From: an uncultured Candidatus Saccharibacteria bacterium
Lineage (GTDB): Bacteria > Patescibacteriota > Minisyncoccia > UBA6257 > WO2-44-18
Assembly (NCBI GenBank): GCA_964637575.1
Contig: CAZWVU010000003.1
Coordinates: 1,586-65,585, forward strand
Reading direction: 5' to 3'
DNA: 64,000 nt
This document shows, piece by piece, positions 48,123 to 58,275 of this stretch; position 1 is the first letter of the stretch; each line of letters starts with the position of its first letter. The notes below the pieces were generated by a model, which made no database searches, was not told where the DNA came from, and saw only the letters and a program-made list of their open reading frames with translations. Position numbers and translations under genes: made by a program.

Positions 48123-49058
48123 ATGAAATCTTCATTCAAGAAATTGCCGGGATCAAAAATTGAGGTGGAGGTCAGTCTGGAACAGAAGGAATTTTTGCCG
48201 TACTACCAGCAGGCCTATGACGCCGCGCTGAAGAATGTGCATCTGAAAGGGTTCCGGCCGGGGACTGCGCCGAAAGAGATCGCGGAAAGCGCCGTGGACA
48301 AAGAAGCGGCATTCAATGAAGCCGGCCGCAACGCCGTGCGCTGGTCGTTGGATGAAATTACCAAAGACAACGAATGGACGCTGATCGATACGCCGCAGGT
48401 ACAGATCGAGGACTCAAAGGATCTCGGCATCATGTACAAAGCGACGCTTACCGTGTTTCCGGAAATCAATCTTGCCAACTATAAAAAGATCGCGAAGAAA
48501 GTAATGGCGGAAGAGAAGCCCCAGCAGGTTGAGCAGAAAGAAGTCGACCAGACGCTCGAATGGCTCCGCAATCAGCGGAAAGAAGGGGAAAAATTGCCGG
48601 AGCTGAATGACGAATTCGCGAAATCGCTCGGCAAATTTGAAAATCTGGACGCGCTCAGGAAAAACGTGAGCGAGGGAATTCTGGCCGAAAAGAACGTGCG
48701 CGAGCATGACCGGCTCCGTCTGAAGATGCTGGATGAAATCGCCAAGGAAACCGAAATCGATCTGCCAGAGGTGATGGTGCAAAAAACGTACAACAATATG
48801 ATCAGGCAATACGGCCCGATGCTGAAGGCCGGCGGAAAAAAAGAGGAAGATGTCCAAAAGGAGGTCTACGAAAAATCGAAAGCGAATGTCCGGAATAACC
48901 TGGTGATGTACAAGCTCGCGCAGGTGGAAAAACTGGAACCGACCGAAGAGGAGGTGAGGAAGCAGCAGGGCGGTGTTGAAGATGATAAAAATTACCAGTA
49001 TATTTATGGAGTATTGCAAAACGAAAAAGTCTTTACATTTTTGGAAGCACAAAAATAA
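48123..49058 (+). CDS. tig: Trigger factor, short form lacking PPIase domain
   Basis: N-terminal ribosome-binding motif GFRPGTAPK; sits immediately upstream of clpP. Confidence 0.7.
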   Translation: MKSSFKKLPGSKIEVEVSLEQKEFLPYYQQAYDAALKNVHLKGFRPGTAPKEIAESAVDKEAAFNEAGRNAVRWSLDEITKDNEWTLIDTPQVQIEDSKDLGIMYKATLTVFPEINLANYKKIAKKVMAEEKPQQVEQKEVDQTLEWLRNQRKEGEKLPELNDEFAKSLGKFENLDALRKNVSEGILAEKNVREHDRLRLKMLDEIAKETEIDLPEVMVQKTYNNMIRQYGPMLKAGGKKEEDVQKEVYEKSKANVRNNLVMYKLAQVEKLEPTEEEVRKQQGGVEDDKNYQYIYGVLQNEKVFTFLEAQK

Positions 49059-49663
49059 TGAAAAACGAATTACACAACGACTATCTGATCCCGACCGTCA
49101 TTGAGCGGGTGCCGGGAGGCGAGCGGGCGTTTGATATCTATTCCCGCCTGTTGAAAGAGCGCATTGTTTTCCTGGGCGGACCGATTACCGACGGGCTTGC
49201 CAACGTGATTATCGCCCAGCTGCTCCATCTTGAGCACGAGGATCCGAAAAAGGACATTAAGCTTTACATCAACAGTCCGGGCGGTTCGGTTACGGCCGGC
49301 ATGGCGATCTATGACGCGATGCAATATGTGAAGCCGGATGTCTCCACGGTCTGCATCGGCATGGCCGCGTCAATGGCGGCAGTGCTGCTGGCAGCCGGCA
49401 AAAAAGGGAAGCGCATTGTCTTGCCGAACTCGGAGATCCTGCTTCACCAGGTGATGGGCGGCGCGGAAGGCCAGGCGGTGGAGATTGAAATTACCGCGAA
49501 ACAGATCATTAAAATGAAGGACAAGCTGAACCAGATCATCGCCAAGCACACCGGCCAGTCTTTCGCGAAAATCGAGAAAGACACCGACCGCGATTATTAT
49601 CTGAGCGCCGAAGAAGCGAAGGCATACGGAGTGGTGGACGAAATTGTGAAATCCAAAAGATAG
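49058..49663 (+). CDS. clpP: ATP-dependent Clp protease proteolytic subunit
   Basis: [17 protein letters not shown] catalytic-Ser region plus His/Asp triad context. Confidence 0.9.
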   Translation: MKNELHNDYLIPTVIERVPGGERAFDIYSRLLKERIVFLGGPITDGLANVIIAQLLHLEHEDPKKDIKLYINSPGGSVTAGMAIYDAMQYVKPDVSTVCIGMAASMAAVLLAAGKKGKRIVLPNSEILLHQVMGGAEGQAVEIEITAKQIIKMKDKLNQIIAKHTGQSFAKIEKDTDRDYYLSAEEAKAYGVVDEIVKSKR

Positions 49664-49769
49664 CCCCCCGCGCCGTCGGAGTGTTTCAGTTGATTTATTC
49701 TAAAAGTGTGTTATTCTTTCGGCGTCGCCAATATTGGCGGAGGCACTTTGAAAATCGAAAGGAGAAGCG

Positions 49770-50495
49770 GTGGCTCGGTTGATGAGTCTGGACGACGCGA
49801 GGCAAATACTCAACGCACAATTTTCAGATTCGGAAACCCTTCGGCTCATTGAATTTTTGGAAGCGGCGGAGGGAACGTCGCGATCGTGTACGCGGCCAGA
49901 GTTTCCGACATTCGCCGTATTCCAAAACCTGCACAAGCTGCTTTTTGGAACATCCGACATTCGCGCGGGCAATTTTGGAAACAAAATCCGGTGGGATTTT
50001 TATCCAATAATCAAAGAGGTTCCGCGAATCAAAAAAATGATTCAGGAATTTTTTGCGAAAAAGGATACGCCGAAACCGGTTCAAAAAATCACTCCCGTCA
50101 GGGTCGTCTCTCACTTGGAGACCCAGCGGCGGCTTAAAGAAAAATTGATCAAAGAGCTGTTGGAATGCCCGGACCACCTTTCCGTAGCTCAGCACACAAC
50201 AGGAAAGGTGACAGTCACCAAACATGCCTGGCAAAGGTTTGTCGCGCGGTATTGCCATGTCACAAAAATCGGCAATCCACATTTCTATGACAAGGAGCAT
50301 TTCATCAGGCAATTGCAGCGCTGCTTCTCAGCGGCGCATGAAAAACAATTAAGCGTGAAGGGGGAGATAAAGCGCCTCTTCGCCAACCGGCTTGAGGCGG
50401 TGCGCTACTTTTACTACGCGCCGCTCAATCTCCGGTTCGTTGTTCTGGAGGAGCGCCCCGCGCTTCTCACGGTAGAGATCGCGAATCGATGGTAA
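49770..50495 (+). CDS. Hypothetical protein
   Basis: GTG start after GGAGAAG RBS; no recognised domain. Confidence 0.4.
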   Translation: MARLMSLDDARQILNAQFSDSETLRLIEFLEAAEGTSRSCTRPEFPTFAVFQNLHKLLFGTSDIRAGNFGNKIRWDFYPIIKEVPRIKKMIQEFFAKKDTPKPVQKITPVRVVSHLETQRRLKEKLIKELLECPDHLSVAQHTTGKVTVTKHAWQRFVARYCHVTKIGNPHFYDKEHFIRQLQRCFSAAHEKQLSVKGEIKRLFANRLEAVRYFYYAPLNLRFVVLEERPALLTVEIANRW

Positions 50496-50540
50496 CAACA
50501 AAATCTGGCTCGAATAGCCAGATTTTTTATTTCAGGTAAA

Positions 50541-51680
50541 ATGGACTGTATGAATTCAGACGGTGAAAAGCTGCTTGCGCGGGGCGTGGCCGAGGTGATT
50601 GTGAAAGAGCATCTTGAGCATGCGCTGAATTCCGGCAGGAAGCTGCGGGTGAAATTCGGCATCGATCCGACCGCACCGGATTTGCACCTGGGCCACACCG
50701 TGCCGCTCCGCAAATTGCGCCAGTTCCAAGATGCCGGCCATCAGGTGGTGCTTATTATCGGGGACTTTACCGCGATGATCGGCGATCCTTCCGGCCGCAA
50801 CGAGGCGCGCAAGCCGCTTACCGAAAAAGACGTGAAGCAGAATCTGAAAAATTATCTGAAGCAGGCGGGAAAAGTACTCACTATCAAAAAAGCGGAAGTC
50901 GTCTACAACAGCAGGTGGTACAAGAAGAATGCGGAATTGTTTCTTGATCTCGCCCGCCGCGAAAGCGTCCAGCGTCTTCTGGAGCGGGACGACTTCCAGA
51001 AACGGCTCAAAGAAGGAAAGGAAATCACCGTGCTGGAGGAATTCTACCCGTTGTTGCAGGGATACGATTCGGTCATGGTGAAAGCCGACGTGGAAATCGG
51101 CGGCACTGACCAGAAATTTAATCTGCTGATGGGGCGGAAGCTGCAGCGATCATATGAAATAGCCGAGCAGGACGTGATCACGCTCCCGCTCCTGGAGGGG
51201 ACCGATGGCGTGAAAAAAATGTCCAAGAGCGCGGGGAATTATATCGGCTTGGACGAATTGCCCATGGATATGTTTGGCAAGATTATGGCCGTGCCGGACA
51301 ATCTGATTGATAAGTATTATGAGTTACTGACTGATGAAAACCGGACAATGCCGGATCCGCGCGAGGCGAAGCTGGAGCTCGGCCGGATTATTGTCGGAAT
51401 GTACCACGGAACAAAGGCGGGCCAACAGGCGAAAGAAGAGTTTATCCGGGTATTTTCAAAAAAAGAAGCTCCTTCAGAGAGGCCGAAAAAGAACGTGGCC
51501 GGTCTGAATGTAGTGGAGGCGTTGGTGAAAGCGGGTGCTGCGGCAAGCAAAAGCGAGGCGCGCAGACTTGTAGAGCAGGGGGGTGTGGAATTTAACGGGC
51601 AAAAAGTACAAGACGCCGGCGCAACAGTTCCGGAGCATGTCACGGTCAAAGTTGGCAAGCACCATTATTTTGATACATAA
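50541..51680 (+). CDS. tyrS: Tyrosyl-tRNA synthetase
   Basis: PTAPDLHLGH (HIGH region), KMSKS, C-terminal S4 domain. Confidence 0.9.
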   Translation: MDCMNSDGEKLLARGVAEVIVKEHLEHALNSGRKLRVKFGIDPTAPDLHLGHTVPLRKLRQFQDAGHQVVLIIGDFTAMIGDPSGRNEARKPLTEKDVKQNLKNYLKQAGKVLTIKKAEVVYNSRWYKKNAELFLDLARRESVQRLLERDDFQKRLKEGKEITVLEEFYPLLQGYDSVMVKADVEIGGTDQKFNLLMGRKLQRSYEIAEQDVITLPLLEGTDGVKKMSKSAGNYIGLDELPMDMFGKIMAVPDNLIDKYYELLTDENRTMPDPREAKLELGRIIVGMYHGTKAGQQAKEEFIRVFSKKEAPSERPKKNVAGLNVVEALVKAGAAASKSEARRLVEQGGVEFNGQKVQDAGATVPEHVTVKVGKHHYFDT

Positions 51681-51690
51681 TATAAGCATT

Positions 51691-51987
51691 ATGGAAACAT
51701 TTCCCCGTCAGGAAAGTTTTGAAAGTAAGGAGCCCAGCTCTGAAGATTTGAAGCGGGTGGAGAAATTTTTGGAGAAGGAAACGGCGAATTCGAAAAAAGA
51801 AAAAGAGTCATACGAGCGGAGTCTGGATAAGGAAACTGCACGCACCGTCCTGGAGGCGCTTGGCGTGAAGAGCAGCAGGGAGCTTGAAGAAACCTGGCGG
51901 GCGCTGGCAGAGCTGGAGCAGACTACGCCGGAAGATGACAAGGAATTTTTAGACGAGATCCGCGCGCTTAAGGAAGCCGGAGTGTAA
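51691..51987 (+). CDS. Small acidic hypothetical protein
   Basis: 98 aa Glu/Lys-rich ORF. Confidence 0.35.
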   Translation: METFPRQESFESKEPSSEDLKRVEKFLEKETANSKKEKESYERSLDKETARTVLEALGVKSSRELEETWRALAELEQTTPEDDKEFLDEIRALKEAGV

Positions 51988-52056
51988 CTTTTTAGCTGGC
52001 AATCGGAGCGTTTTCCTGTTAGGCTGTGTTTAGTTTTTTGAGACTGGAGACGGAAC

Positions 52057-53196
52057 ATGATGCGTTGGTTGATTCGCGGCGCAGCGCTTATGGCGCTGGG
52101 AATCGCCGCCTGCAACGGCCCCTGTGTCTTTGAGAAGTCGCCGGTGATGCTGGTGGGCGGCCCGATGATTCAGTATGGCAATTACGATGGGCGGAACGGA
52201 ATGATCGTTACCTGGCGCACCGACAAAGATGCCGTCGGTAAGATCGAGTATCGGGAAGCGAAATCCCAATATTGTAGTGAGCGGTCCACGTATTCCCAGG
52301 AAGGCCGGCACGTCTTCTGGTTGGGCGATCTCCGGCCCTACCGGGTCTATTCCTACAAGATCTATGCCGACAATTTTGAAATCGGCAGAGGGGAATTCCG
52401 GACGGGCCGCCGGGCACACGAGCGTTTTTTCTTCACGGTATTCGGCGATTCCGGCTCGGGAACGCCCGATCAGTATGCGGTCGCGGAGGCGGTGGCGGAA
52501 AGAGATCCCGACCTGATTATCCATACCGGCGATCTCGTCTACTCCAAAGGCGAGGACGAAAATTACCCGGGCAAATTTTACAAACCGTATGCCCGGCTGA
52601 TCGCGAATGCGCCATTCTTTCCTTCGCTCGGTAACCATGACTGCGGCACTGCCGACGGCGGACCGTTCCTGAAGAATTTCTTTTTGCCCGGCTACGACTT
52701 CTGGGCTGACCGGAACCGCCGTTATTACAGCTTCGATTATGGTAATTCCCATTTTGTCGCGCTCGATTCCAATCAGATCACCGACGAGCAGACCGACTGG
52801 TTAAAGCGCGATCTGGCGAAGTCCGGCGCCCGCTGGAAGTTCGTGTTCTTCCATCATCCGGTATTCAGCAACAACCGGAAAAATACCGAAACGGACGCAA
52901 TTAAGGAAATATGGAAGCCGGTGTTCGAGGAGTACGGAGTGGACATTGTTTTCAACGGGCATGATCACATCTATACCCGCTTCCAGCCCGTGAAAAACGT
53001 AACCTACATCGTGGAGGGCGTGGGCGGGAAAAACCGCTACGAGCTTGCCGGGAATGACCCGCGGGTGGCCTTCACTGACAACCAGCATTTCGGATTCGGG
53101 CTGGTGGATATGGAAGGGGATCGGCTGACCTTCTGGCATTATGCCCTTACGGATCAGGGCGTGAAAATCTGGGACTGTCTCTATCTTGCTAAATAA
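52057..53196 (+). CDS. Calcineurin-like metallophosphoesterase (purple-acid-phosphatase-like)
   Basis: GDSG, HTGDLVY, GNHD and GHDH metal-binding motifs. Confidence 0.8.
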   Translation: MMRWLIRGAALMALGIAACNGPCVFEKSPVMLVGGPMIQYGNYDGRNGMIVTWRTDKDAVGKIEYREAKSQYCSERSTYSQEGRHVFWLGDLRPYRVYSYKIYADNFEIGRGEFRTGRRAHERFFFTVFGDSGSGTPDQYAVAEAVAERDPDLIIHTGDLVYSKGEDENYPGKFYKPYARLIANAPFFPSLGNHDCGTADGGPFLKNFFLPGYDFWADRNRRYYSFDYGNSHFVALDSNQITDEQTDWLKRDLAKSGARWKFVFFHHPVFSNNRKNTETDAIKEIWKPVFEEYGVDIVFNGHDHIYTRFQPVKNVTYIVEGVGGKNRYELAGNDPRVAFTDNQHFGFGLVDMEGDRLTFWHYALTDQGVKIWDCLYLAK

Positions 53197-53210
53197 AAGC
53201 AGAACAACAT

Positions 53211-53238
53211 AAAAACTCCAGCCATGGCTGGAGTTTTT
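53211..53238. terminator. Bidirectional hairpin terminator
   Basis: aaaaactccagccatggctggagttttt. Confidence 0.65.
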
Positions 53239-53244
53239 ATATAT

Positions 53245-53319
53245 TGGAGCGGGAGACGGGATTCGCACCCGCGACCTCTTCCTTGGCAAGGAAGCGTTCT
53301 GCTGCTGAACTACTCCCGC
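53245..53319 (-). tRNA. tRNA-Gly (anticodon GCC), CCA encoded
   Basis: GCGGGAGUAGUUCAG…CUUGCCAAGGAAG…CUCCCGCUCCA. Confidence 0.85.
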
Positions 53320-53330
53320 AAATCGCCGGA

Positions 53331-53468
53331 CTATTTGCCCAGACTTTGTTCCGTGTTGGCCTGCTGCTGCGCCTGCTGGGTCGACACCACAGAACCAAAG
53401 TTCATGTAGGTTGCCACCAGGCCGAAAATGACCAACCCTATAAAAACTATTTTTAAAAGGTTTTTCAT
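53331..53468 (-). CDS. Possible 45 aa membrane micro-protein
   Basis: MKNLLKIVFIGLVIFGLVATYMNFG… with only a weak SD. Confidence 0.25.
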   Translation of the reverse strand: MKNLLKIVFIGLVIFGLVATYMNFGSVVSTQQAQQQANTEQSLGK

Positions 53469-53521
53469 AACCTTGAAAGGTATGATAAGATAAATTATTA
53501 TAGAGTGCAACTTTTGGGAAT

Positions 53522-55363
53522 ATGAACAATAAATCCTTATATACCAATATTTTTTGGGCGGTAGTCATTTTAATGTCGTTGGCGCTCATCTTTTCCTTCG
53601 TATTTACGTCGGGTCCGGAGAAGACCCATCTGGATATGAATGAACTGGCCACGAAAATCAATGCCGGCGAAGTTCAGAAAATTACGGTGAATGGAAATGA
53701 CCTTACCATCTCCCTTAAAAACGGCGATCAGGCGACGGCGACCAAGGAAAGCGAGTCCGGACTTACGGAAACGTTGAAGAATTATGGAGTGGACCCGAAG
53801 GCGCTTCAGGGCGTCGCCCTGGACGTTCAGGAGGAATCGGGGACGAAGTTCTGGCTCGGCATTCTGATCCCGACAATCCTTCCGCTGGTGATCATTGGAA
53901 TAATGTTCTGGCTTATTTTCCGCCGGGCGCAGTCCGGGAGCAATCAGGCGTTCACGTTCGGACGGGCCAACATCCGGCTTTTCAGCGCGTTCAAGGACCG
54001 GCTTACGTTCAAGGACGTCGCCGGGCTGAAGGAGGCGAAGCAGGAACTGGTAGAGGTGGTGGATTTCCTGAAAAATCCTCAAAAGTATCTGGAGATCGGC
54101 GCCCGCATTCCCCGCGGCGTGTTGCTGATGGGCCAGCCGGGAACGGGAAAAACGTTGCTTGCCCGCGCGGTTGCCGGTGAAGCCAACGTGCCGTTTTTCC
54201 ATATTTCCGCGTCGGAATTCGTGGAAATGTTCGTGGGAGTGGGCGCCGCGCGCACGCGCGACGCGTTCGCGACCGCGAAAAAATCCGCTCCCTCGATTTT
54301 ATTTATTGACGAAATCGACGCGATCGGTCGGGAACGGGGAGCGGGCGTAGGCGGCGGACACGATGAACGCGAGCAGACGCTCAACCAGATTCTCGTGGAA
54401 ATGGACGGATTCGACCGGGATACCCAGGTGATCGTCATCGCGGCCACGAACCGGCCGGATATTCTGGACCGGGCGCTGCTCCGGCCGGGGCGGTTTGACC
54501 GTCGGGTAGTGTTGGATATGCCGGACATCCGGGACCGCGAGGAGATTCTGAAGGTGCACGCCCGTGGAAAACTCATGGAGAAGAACGTGGATTTGCGGCG
54601 GGTAGCAGTCCGGACGCCGGGATTTTCCGGCGCCGATCTTGCGAATCTGCTCAACGAATCGGCGATCGCCGCGGCGCGGCACAACCGCAAGACCATCTCC
54701 CAGCAGGACCTTTTTGACTCCATAGAAAAAGTGATTCTCGGGCCGGAGCGGCGGGGTCGGGTTATTTCCGAAAATGAAAAGAAAATTACCGCGTATCACG
54801 AGGCGGGGCACGCGCTGGTGGCGGCGAGTTTGAAGGACGCCGATCCGGTGCATAAGGTTTCGATTATAAGCCGCGGACCTGCGGGCGGGTACACGCTGAA
54901 ACTTCCTCTTGAAGAGAACCGGCTCCGCACCCGGTCCCAGTTTTTGACCGATATCGCGACCATGGTGGGAGGATATGCTTCGGAAAAGATAGTATTCGGC
55001 GATCTTACCACCGGCGCGTCCAATGATCTTAAGCAGGCATCGGAGCTGGCGCGTGCCCTGGTGACGAAGTACGGCATGAGCGACAAGCTGGGGCCGCTCA
55101 CCTTCGGAAAAACCGATGAACTGATATTTTTGGGCAAGGAAATAAGTTCAGAACGCAACTATTCCGAGAAGGTGGCCGCGGAGATTGACGAAGAAGTGAA
55201 CGGATTTATAGAGCGCTCATACGACGCAGCGAAAAAAATTATTACCACCCGGAAGAAAGCACTGGACGCGATCGCTCACGCGTTGATTGAGAAAGAAACG
55301 CTGGAACACGAAGATTTTTACGCCTTGCTCAAGCCGTTTAATCTGAAACCGCTGGCGGTGTAA
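53522..55363 (+). CDS. ftsH: ATP-dependent zinc metalloprotease FtsH
   Basis: N-terminal TM, AAA Walker [12 protein letters not shown] region, HEAGH zinc motif. Confidence 0.9.
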   Translation: MNNKSLYTNIFWAVVILMSLALIFSFVFTSGPEKTHLDMNELATKINAGEVQKITVNGNDLTISLKNGDQATATKESESGLTETLKNYGVDPKALQGVALDVQEESGTKFWLGILIPTILPLVIIGIMFWLIFRRAQSGSNQAFTFGRANIRLFSAFKDRLTFKDVAGLKEAKQELVEVVDFLKNPQKYLEIGARIPRGVLLMGQPGTGKTLLARAVAGEANVPFFHISASEFVEMFVGVGAARTRDAFATAKKSAPSILFIDEIDAIGRERGAGVGGGHDEREQTLNQILVEMDGFDRDTQVIVIAATNRPDILDRALLRPGRFDRRVVLDMPDIRDREEILKVHARGKLMEKNVDLRRVAVRTPGFSGADLANLLNESAIAAARHNRKTISQQDLFDSIEKVILGPERRGRVISENEKKITAYHEAGHALVAASLKDADPVHKVSIISRGPAGGYTLKLPLEENRLRTRSQFLTDIATMVGGYASEKIVFGDLTTGASNDLKQASELARALVTKYGMSDKLGPLTFGKTDELIFLGKEISSERNYSEKVAAEIDEEVNGFIERSYDAAKKIITTRKKALDAIAHALIEKETLEHEDFYALLKPFNLKPLAV

Positions 55364-55386
55364 CGCCTTAGTGCTGCATCTTAGTG

Positions 55387-55458
55387 TGGGTGCGCCTGGG
55401 ATCGAACCAGGGACCAGTCGTGTATAAGACGACCGCTCTGCCACTGAGCTACGCACCC
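55387..55458 (-). tRNA. tRNA-Ile (anticodon TAT/UAU)
   Basis: GGGUGCGUAGCUCAGUGGCAGAGC…GUCGU CUUAUAC ACGAC…; anticodon positions 34-36 = UAU. Confidence 0.75.
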
Positions 55459-55562
55459 TTATCTGAGCAAAATGTACCACAGCTTTGAGGCACAGAAAAG
55501 CATCATTGACAAAATAGCACATTTTATGTATTATTGCGATTAGTAAATTTGAGAGGTGAGAC

Positions 55563-56006
55563 ATGCTGGATGAGTCAAGTTCGGCGTTGCCGGCAATCAC
55601 GCTTTCCCAGGTGGAACGGAGCGAGTCCTGGATGTCCGGATCGGACGAGATGGCCGCCAAGCTGATCGAGGCGGTTACCAGAGACGGGTCGGTTCCGAAG
55701 CCGGATGTCATCAAGCGGCCGGAGTCGACGATCGTGCCGCCTGAAGAAATGGCCGCCTACTTTGCCGAGCAGAAAAAGAAGGGCGAGCAGAAGCAGGAGG
55801 CGCCATTCATTCTCAAGGGTCGCCATGCCGACGCGTTTTTCCAGAGTCTCAACCTCCTTTCCGCCGACGTGGCGGGTGGTGAAGACCCGGAAGTCGTGAG
55901 GCGCGAGACGGCGATCCGGAAATCGCACCGGTGGCAGCCGCTGACGGACGTGGATGTTTCCAAAATTATCCGGAGAGAAACCGACAAGGAAATCCGAATC
56001 GGCTGA
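55563..56006 (+). CDS. Hypothetical protein
   Basis: GAGAGGTGAG RBS; terminator gctcccagtgttactgggagctttttatttttt (56013-56046). Confidence 0.45.
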   Translation: MLDESSSALPAITLSQVERSESWMSGSDEMAAKLIEAVTRDGSVPKPDVIKRPESTIVPPEEMAAYFAEQKKKGEQKQEAPFILKGRHADAFFQSLNLLSADVAGGEDPEVVRRETAIRKSHRWQPLTDVDVSKIIRRETDKEIRIG

Positions 56007-56109
56007 TCTCCAGGCTCCCAGTGTTACTGGGAGCTTTTTATTTTTTAAGAGTATTCACTTTTTCTTAATTTTGTTATACTATAGGCAGCTAAATGATGGA
56101 TATTGCAAA

Positions 56110-58275
56110 ATGATCCGCCTCGACACCGAACTCAAGATTATCAGGGGAATCAACGAAAAGTTTTTGGCGAAGCTCGATAAGCTGAATATCAAAACTGTCC
56201 GTGATCTGCTCTGGCACTTTCCCTTCCGGTACGATGATTTTTCGACCATCGTCAAAATAGCGGATCTCAAAATAAACCAGGCCGCTACCATCCACGGCGT
56301 GGTCCGCAACGTTTCACTGCGGCGCTCCTGGCGCCGCAAATTCGTTATTATCGAAGCCTTGATTGCCGACGACACGGGAGGCATTAAAGCGGTCTGGTTT
56401 AACCAGCCCTACATCGCAAAGGCTCTGCGTTCCGGATTGCGCGTAAATTTTGCCGGAAAGGTGGTGCTTTCCAATGAGGAGCTTGTCATGCAAAGCCCGG
56501 CCTACGAACCGGTTGCCGCGACCACCCAGACGAAGCATACCGCCGGTCTCATTCCGATTTATTCCGAAACCAAAGGGCTCACCTCGAAGGGATTGCGGTT
56601 TCTGACCGCGGCCATTTTGCGGGCGATGGAACCCGCGAAAGATTTTATCCCCCAGCATATTCTTGACGGGTACGAAATTCCCAACCTGATGAGCGCGCTC
56701 CGGGCAATTCATTTTCCTGCCACCCTGGCCCAGGCGGAACGGGCGCGGGAACGCTTCGCGTTCAGCGAACTTTTACTTCTCCAGCTGACTAATTTGAAAA
56801 ACAGGATCGCGCTTGCTAAAGAAAAAGCGCCGCCGCTTCTTATAGAGGAGAAATGGGTTGAGGAGGTGATCGCCGGACTTCCATTTCCGCTTACCGGGGC
56901 CCAGCGCCGGAGTCTGGATGAAATTTTGAACGATCTGCGGAAAAGCCAGCCGATGAACCGCCTTTTACAGGGCGACGTGGGATCCGGAAAAACCGTAGTG
57001 GCGGCGATCGCGGCACTCGCGGCCGCGAAGAATGGAAAGCAGACCTCCTTCATGGCGCCCACGGAGGTGCTGGCGCGCCAGCATTACAAAACGCTGACTG
57101 GGATTTTCAGGCATCATCCGATCGGAATCGGCATGCTCACCGGCTCGGAAGCGCGGATGTACTATGGCGACGCCTTGGAAACAAAAACCACCCGGTCCAA
57201 GCTCCTTGCGGAGATTGCCGCCGGAAAAATAAAGCTGGTGCTCGGCACGCACGCGCTGATCTCCGAAGGGAAAACCAGGAAGCCGGTGGAATTCCGGGAT
57301 CTCGCGCTCGCCATCGTGGACGAACAGCACCGGTTCGGGGTGGATCAGCGCGCGGCGCTGGTAAAACAGGAGCGGCAGCCGGGATTGGAGACGACCATAC
57401 ACTTTCTTTCCATGAGCGCCACTCCGATTCCCCGTACGCTCGCCCTTACGATCTTCGGCGATCTCGACGTGTCGATTATTGACGAGCTGCCGAAGGGAAG
57501 AAAGGAGATTTCCACCAAAATAGTGCCGCCGGAACACCGGCAGAATGCTTATGAATTCATCCGCCAGCAGATCAAGCAGGGGCGGCAGGCGTTTGTAATC
57601 TGCCCGCGCATAGAAAAATCGGAAGAAGGAAAACATGAGGAAGAGAGGGCGGAGGGGAGCGTGGACAAGCGGAAGAATCTTTGGGCGGAAGTGAAAAACG
57701 TTACCGAAGTGCACGAATCGCTCTCCAAGAAAATATTTCCCGATCTCCGCGTGGCGATGCTGCACGGCAAATTGAAAAGCCCTGAAAAAGCGCAGATCAT
57801 GTCCGAGTTTTCCGCGGGCGCGACGCATATCCTGGTTTCCACCTCGGTCATTGAGGTCGGCGTGGACGTGCCCAACGCCGCCATCATGATGGTGGAGGGC
57901 GCCGACCGTTTCGGGCTTTCCCAGCTTTATCAGTTCCGCGGCCGGGTGGGGCGCGGCGAGCATCAGTCATATTGTCTTCTTTTCACGGACGCGACTTCGG
58001 ACGTGACCGCGCACCGGCTCAACGCGCTTCTGAAAGCGAAGAACGGATTTGAACTGGCGGAAGAGGATCTCGCGATCCGCGGACCGGGCGAATTCATCGG
58101 TGACAAGCAGACCGGCATTCCCGACATCGCCATGCGGGCGCTTAACAATATGGAACTGGTGAAAGCCGCCCGGGAAGCGGCGCAGGAAATTCTGAAATCC
58201 GACAAAGAACTATCCGGATACGCGCCGCTCCGCGCCGCCCTTACCGCGTTTCAGAAACAGATCCACCTGGAATAG
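56110..58275 (+). CDS. recG: ATP-dependent DNA helicase RecG
   Basis: Wedge/OB N-terminal domain. Helicase motif I GDVGSGKT, motif II DEQHRFG, motif VI QFRGRVGRG. Confidence 0.85.
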   Translation: MIRLDTELKIIRGINEKFLAKLDKLNIKTVRDLLWHFPFRYDDFSTIVKIADLKINQAATIHGVVRNVSLRRSWRRKFVIIEALIADDTGGIKAVWFNQPYIAKALRSGLRVNFAGKVVLSNEELVMQSPAYEPVAATTQTKHTAGLIPIYSETKGLTSKGLRFLTAAILRAMEPAKDFIPQHILDGYEIPNLMSALRAIHFPATLAQAERARERFAFSELLLLQLTNLKNRIALAKEKAPPLLIEEKWVEEVIAGLPFPLTGAQRRSLDEILNDLRKSQPMNRLLQGDVGSGKTVVAAIAALAAAKNGKQTSFMAPTEVLARQHYKTLTGIFRHHPIGIGMLTGSEARMYYGDALETKTTRSKLLAEIAAGKIKLVLGTHALISEGKTRKPVEFRDLALAIVDEQHRFGVDQRAALVKQERQPGLETTIHFLSMSATPIPRTLALTIFGDLDVSIIDELPKGRKEISTKIVPPEHRQNAYEFIRQQIKQGRQAFVICPRIEKSEEGKHEEERAEGSVDKRKNLWAEVKNVTEVHESLSKKIFPDLRVAMLHGKLKSPEKAQIMSEFSAGATHILVSTSVIEVGVDVPNAAIMMVEGADRFGLSQLYQFRGRVGRGEHQSYCLLFTDATSDVTAHRLNALLKAKNGFELAEEDLAIRGPGEFIGDKQTGIPDIAMRALNNMELVKAAREAAQEILKSDKELSGYAPLRAALTAFQKQIHLE

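Noticed and set aside
52801-53661. 286 aa minus-strand ORF
   Set aside because: Spans the tRNA-Gly and the 3' end of the metallophosphoesterase gene. No coherent protein.
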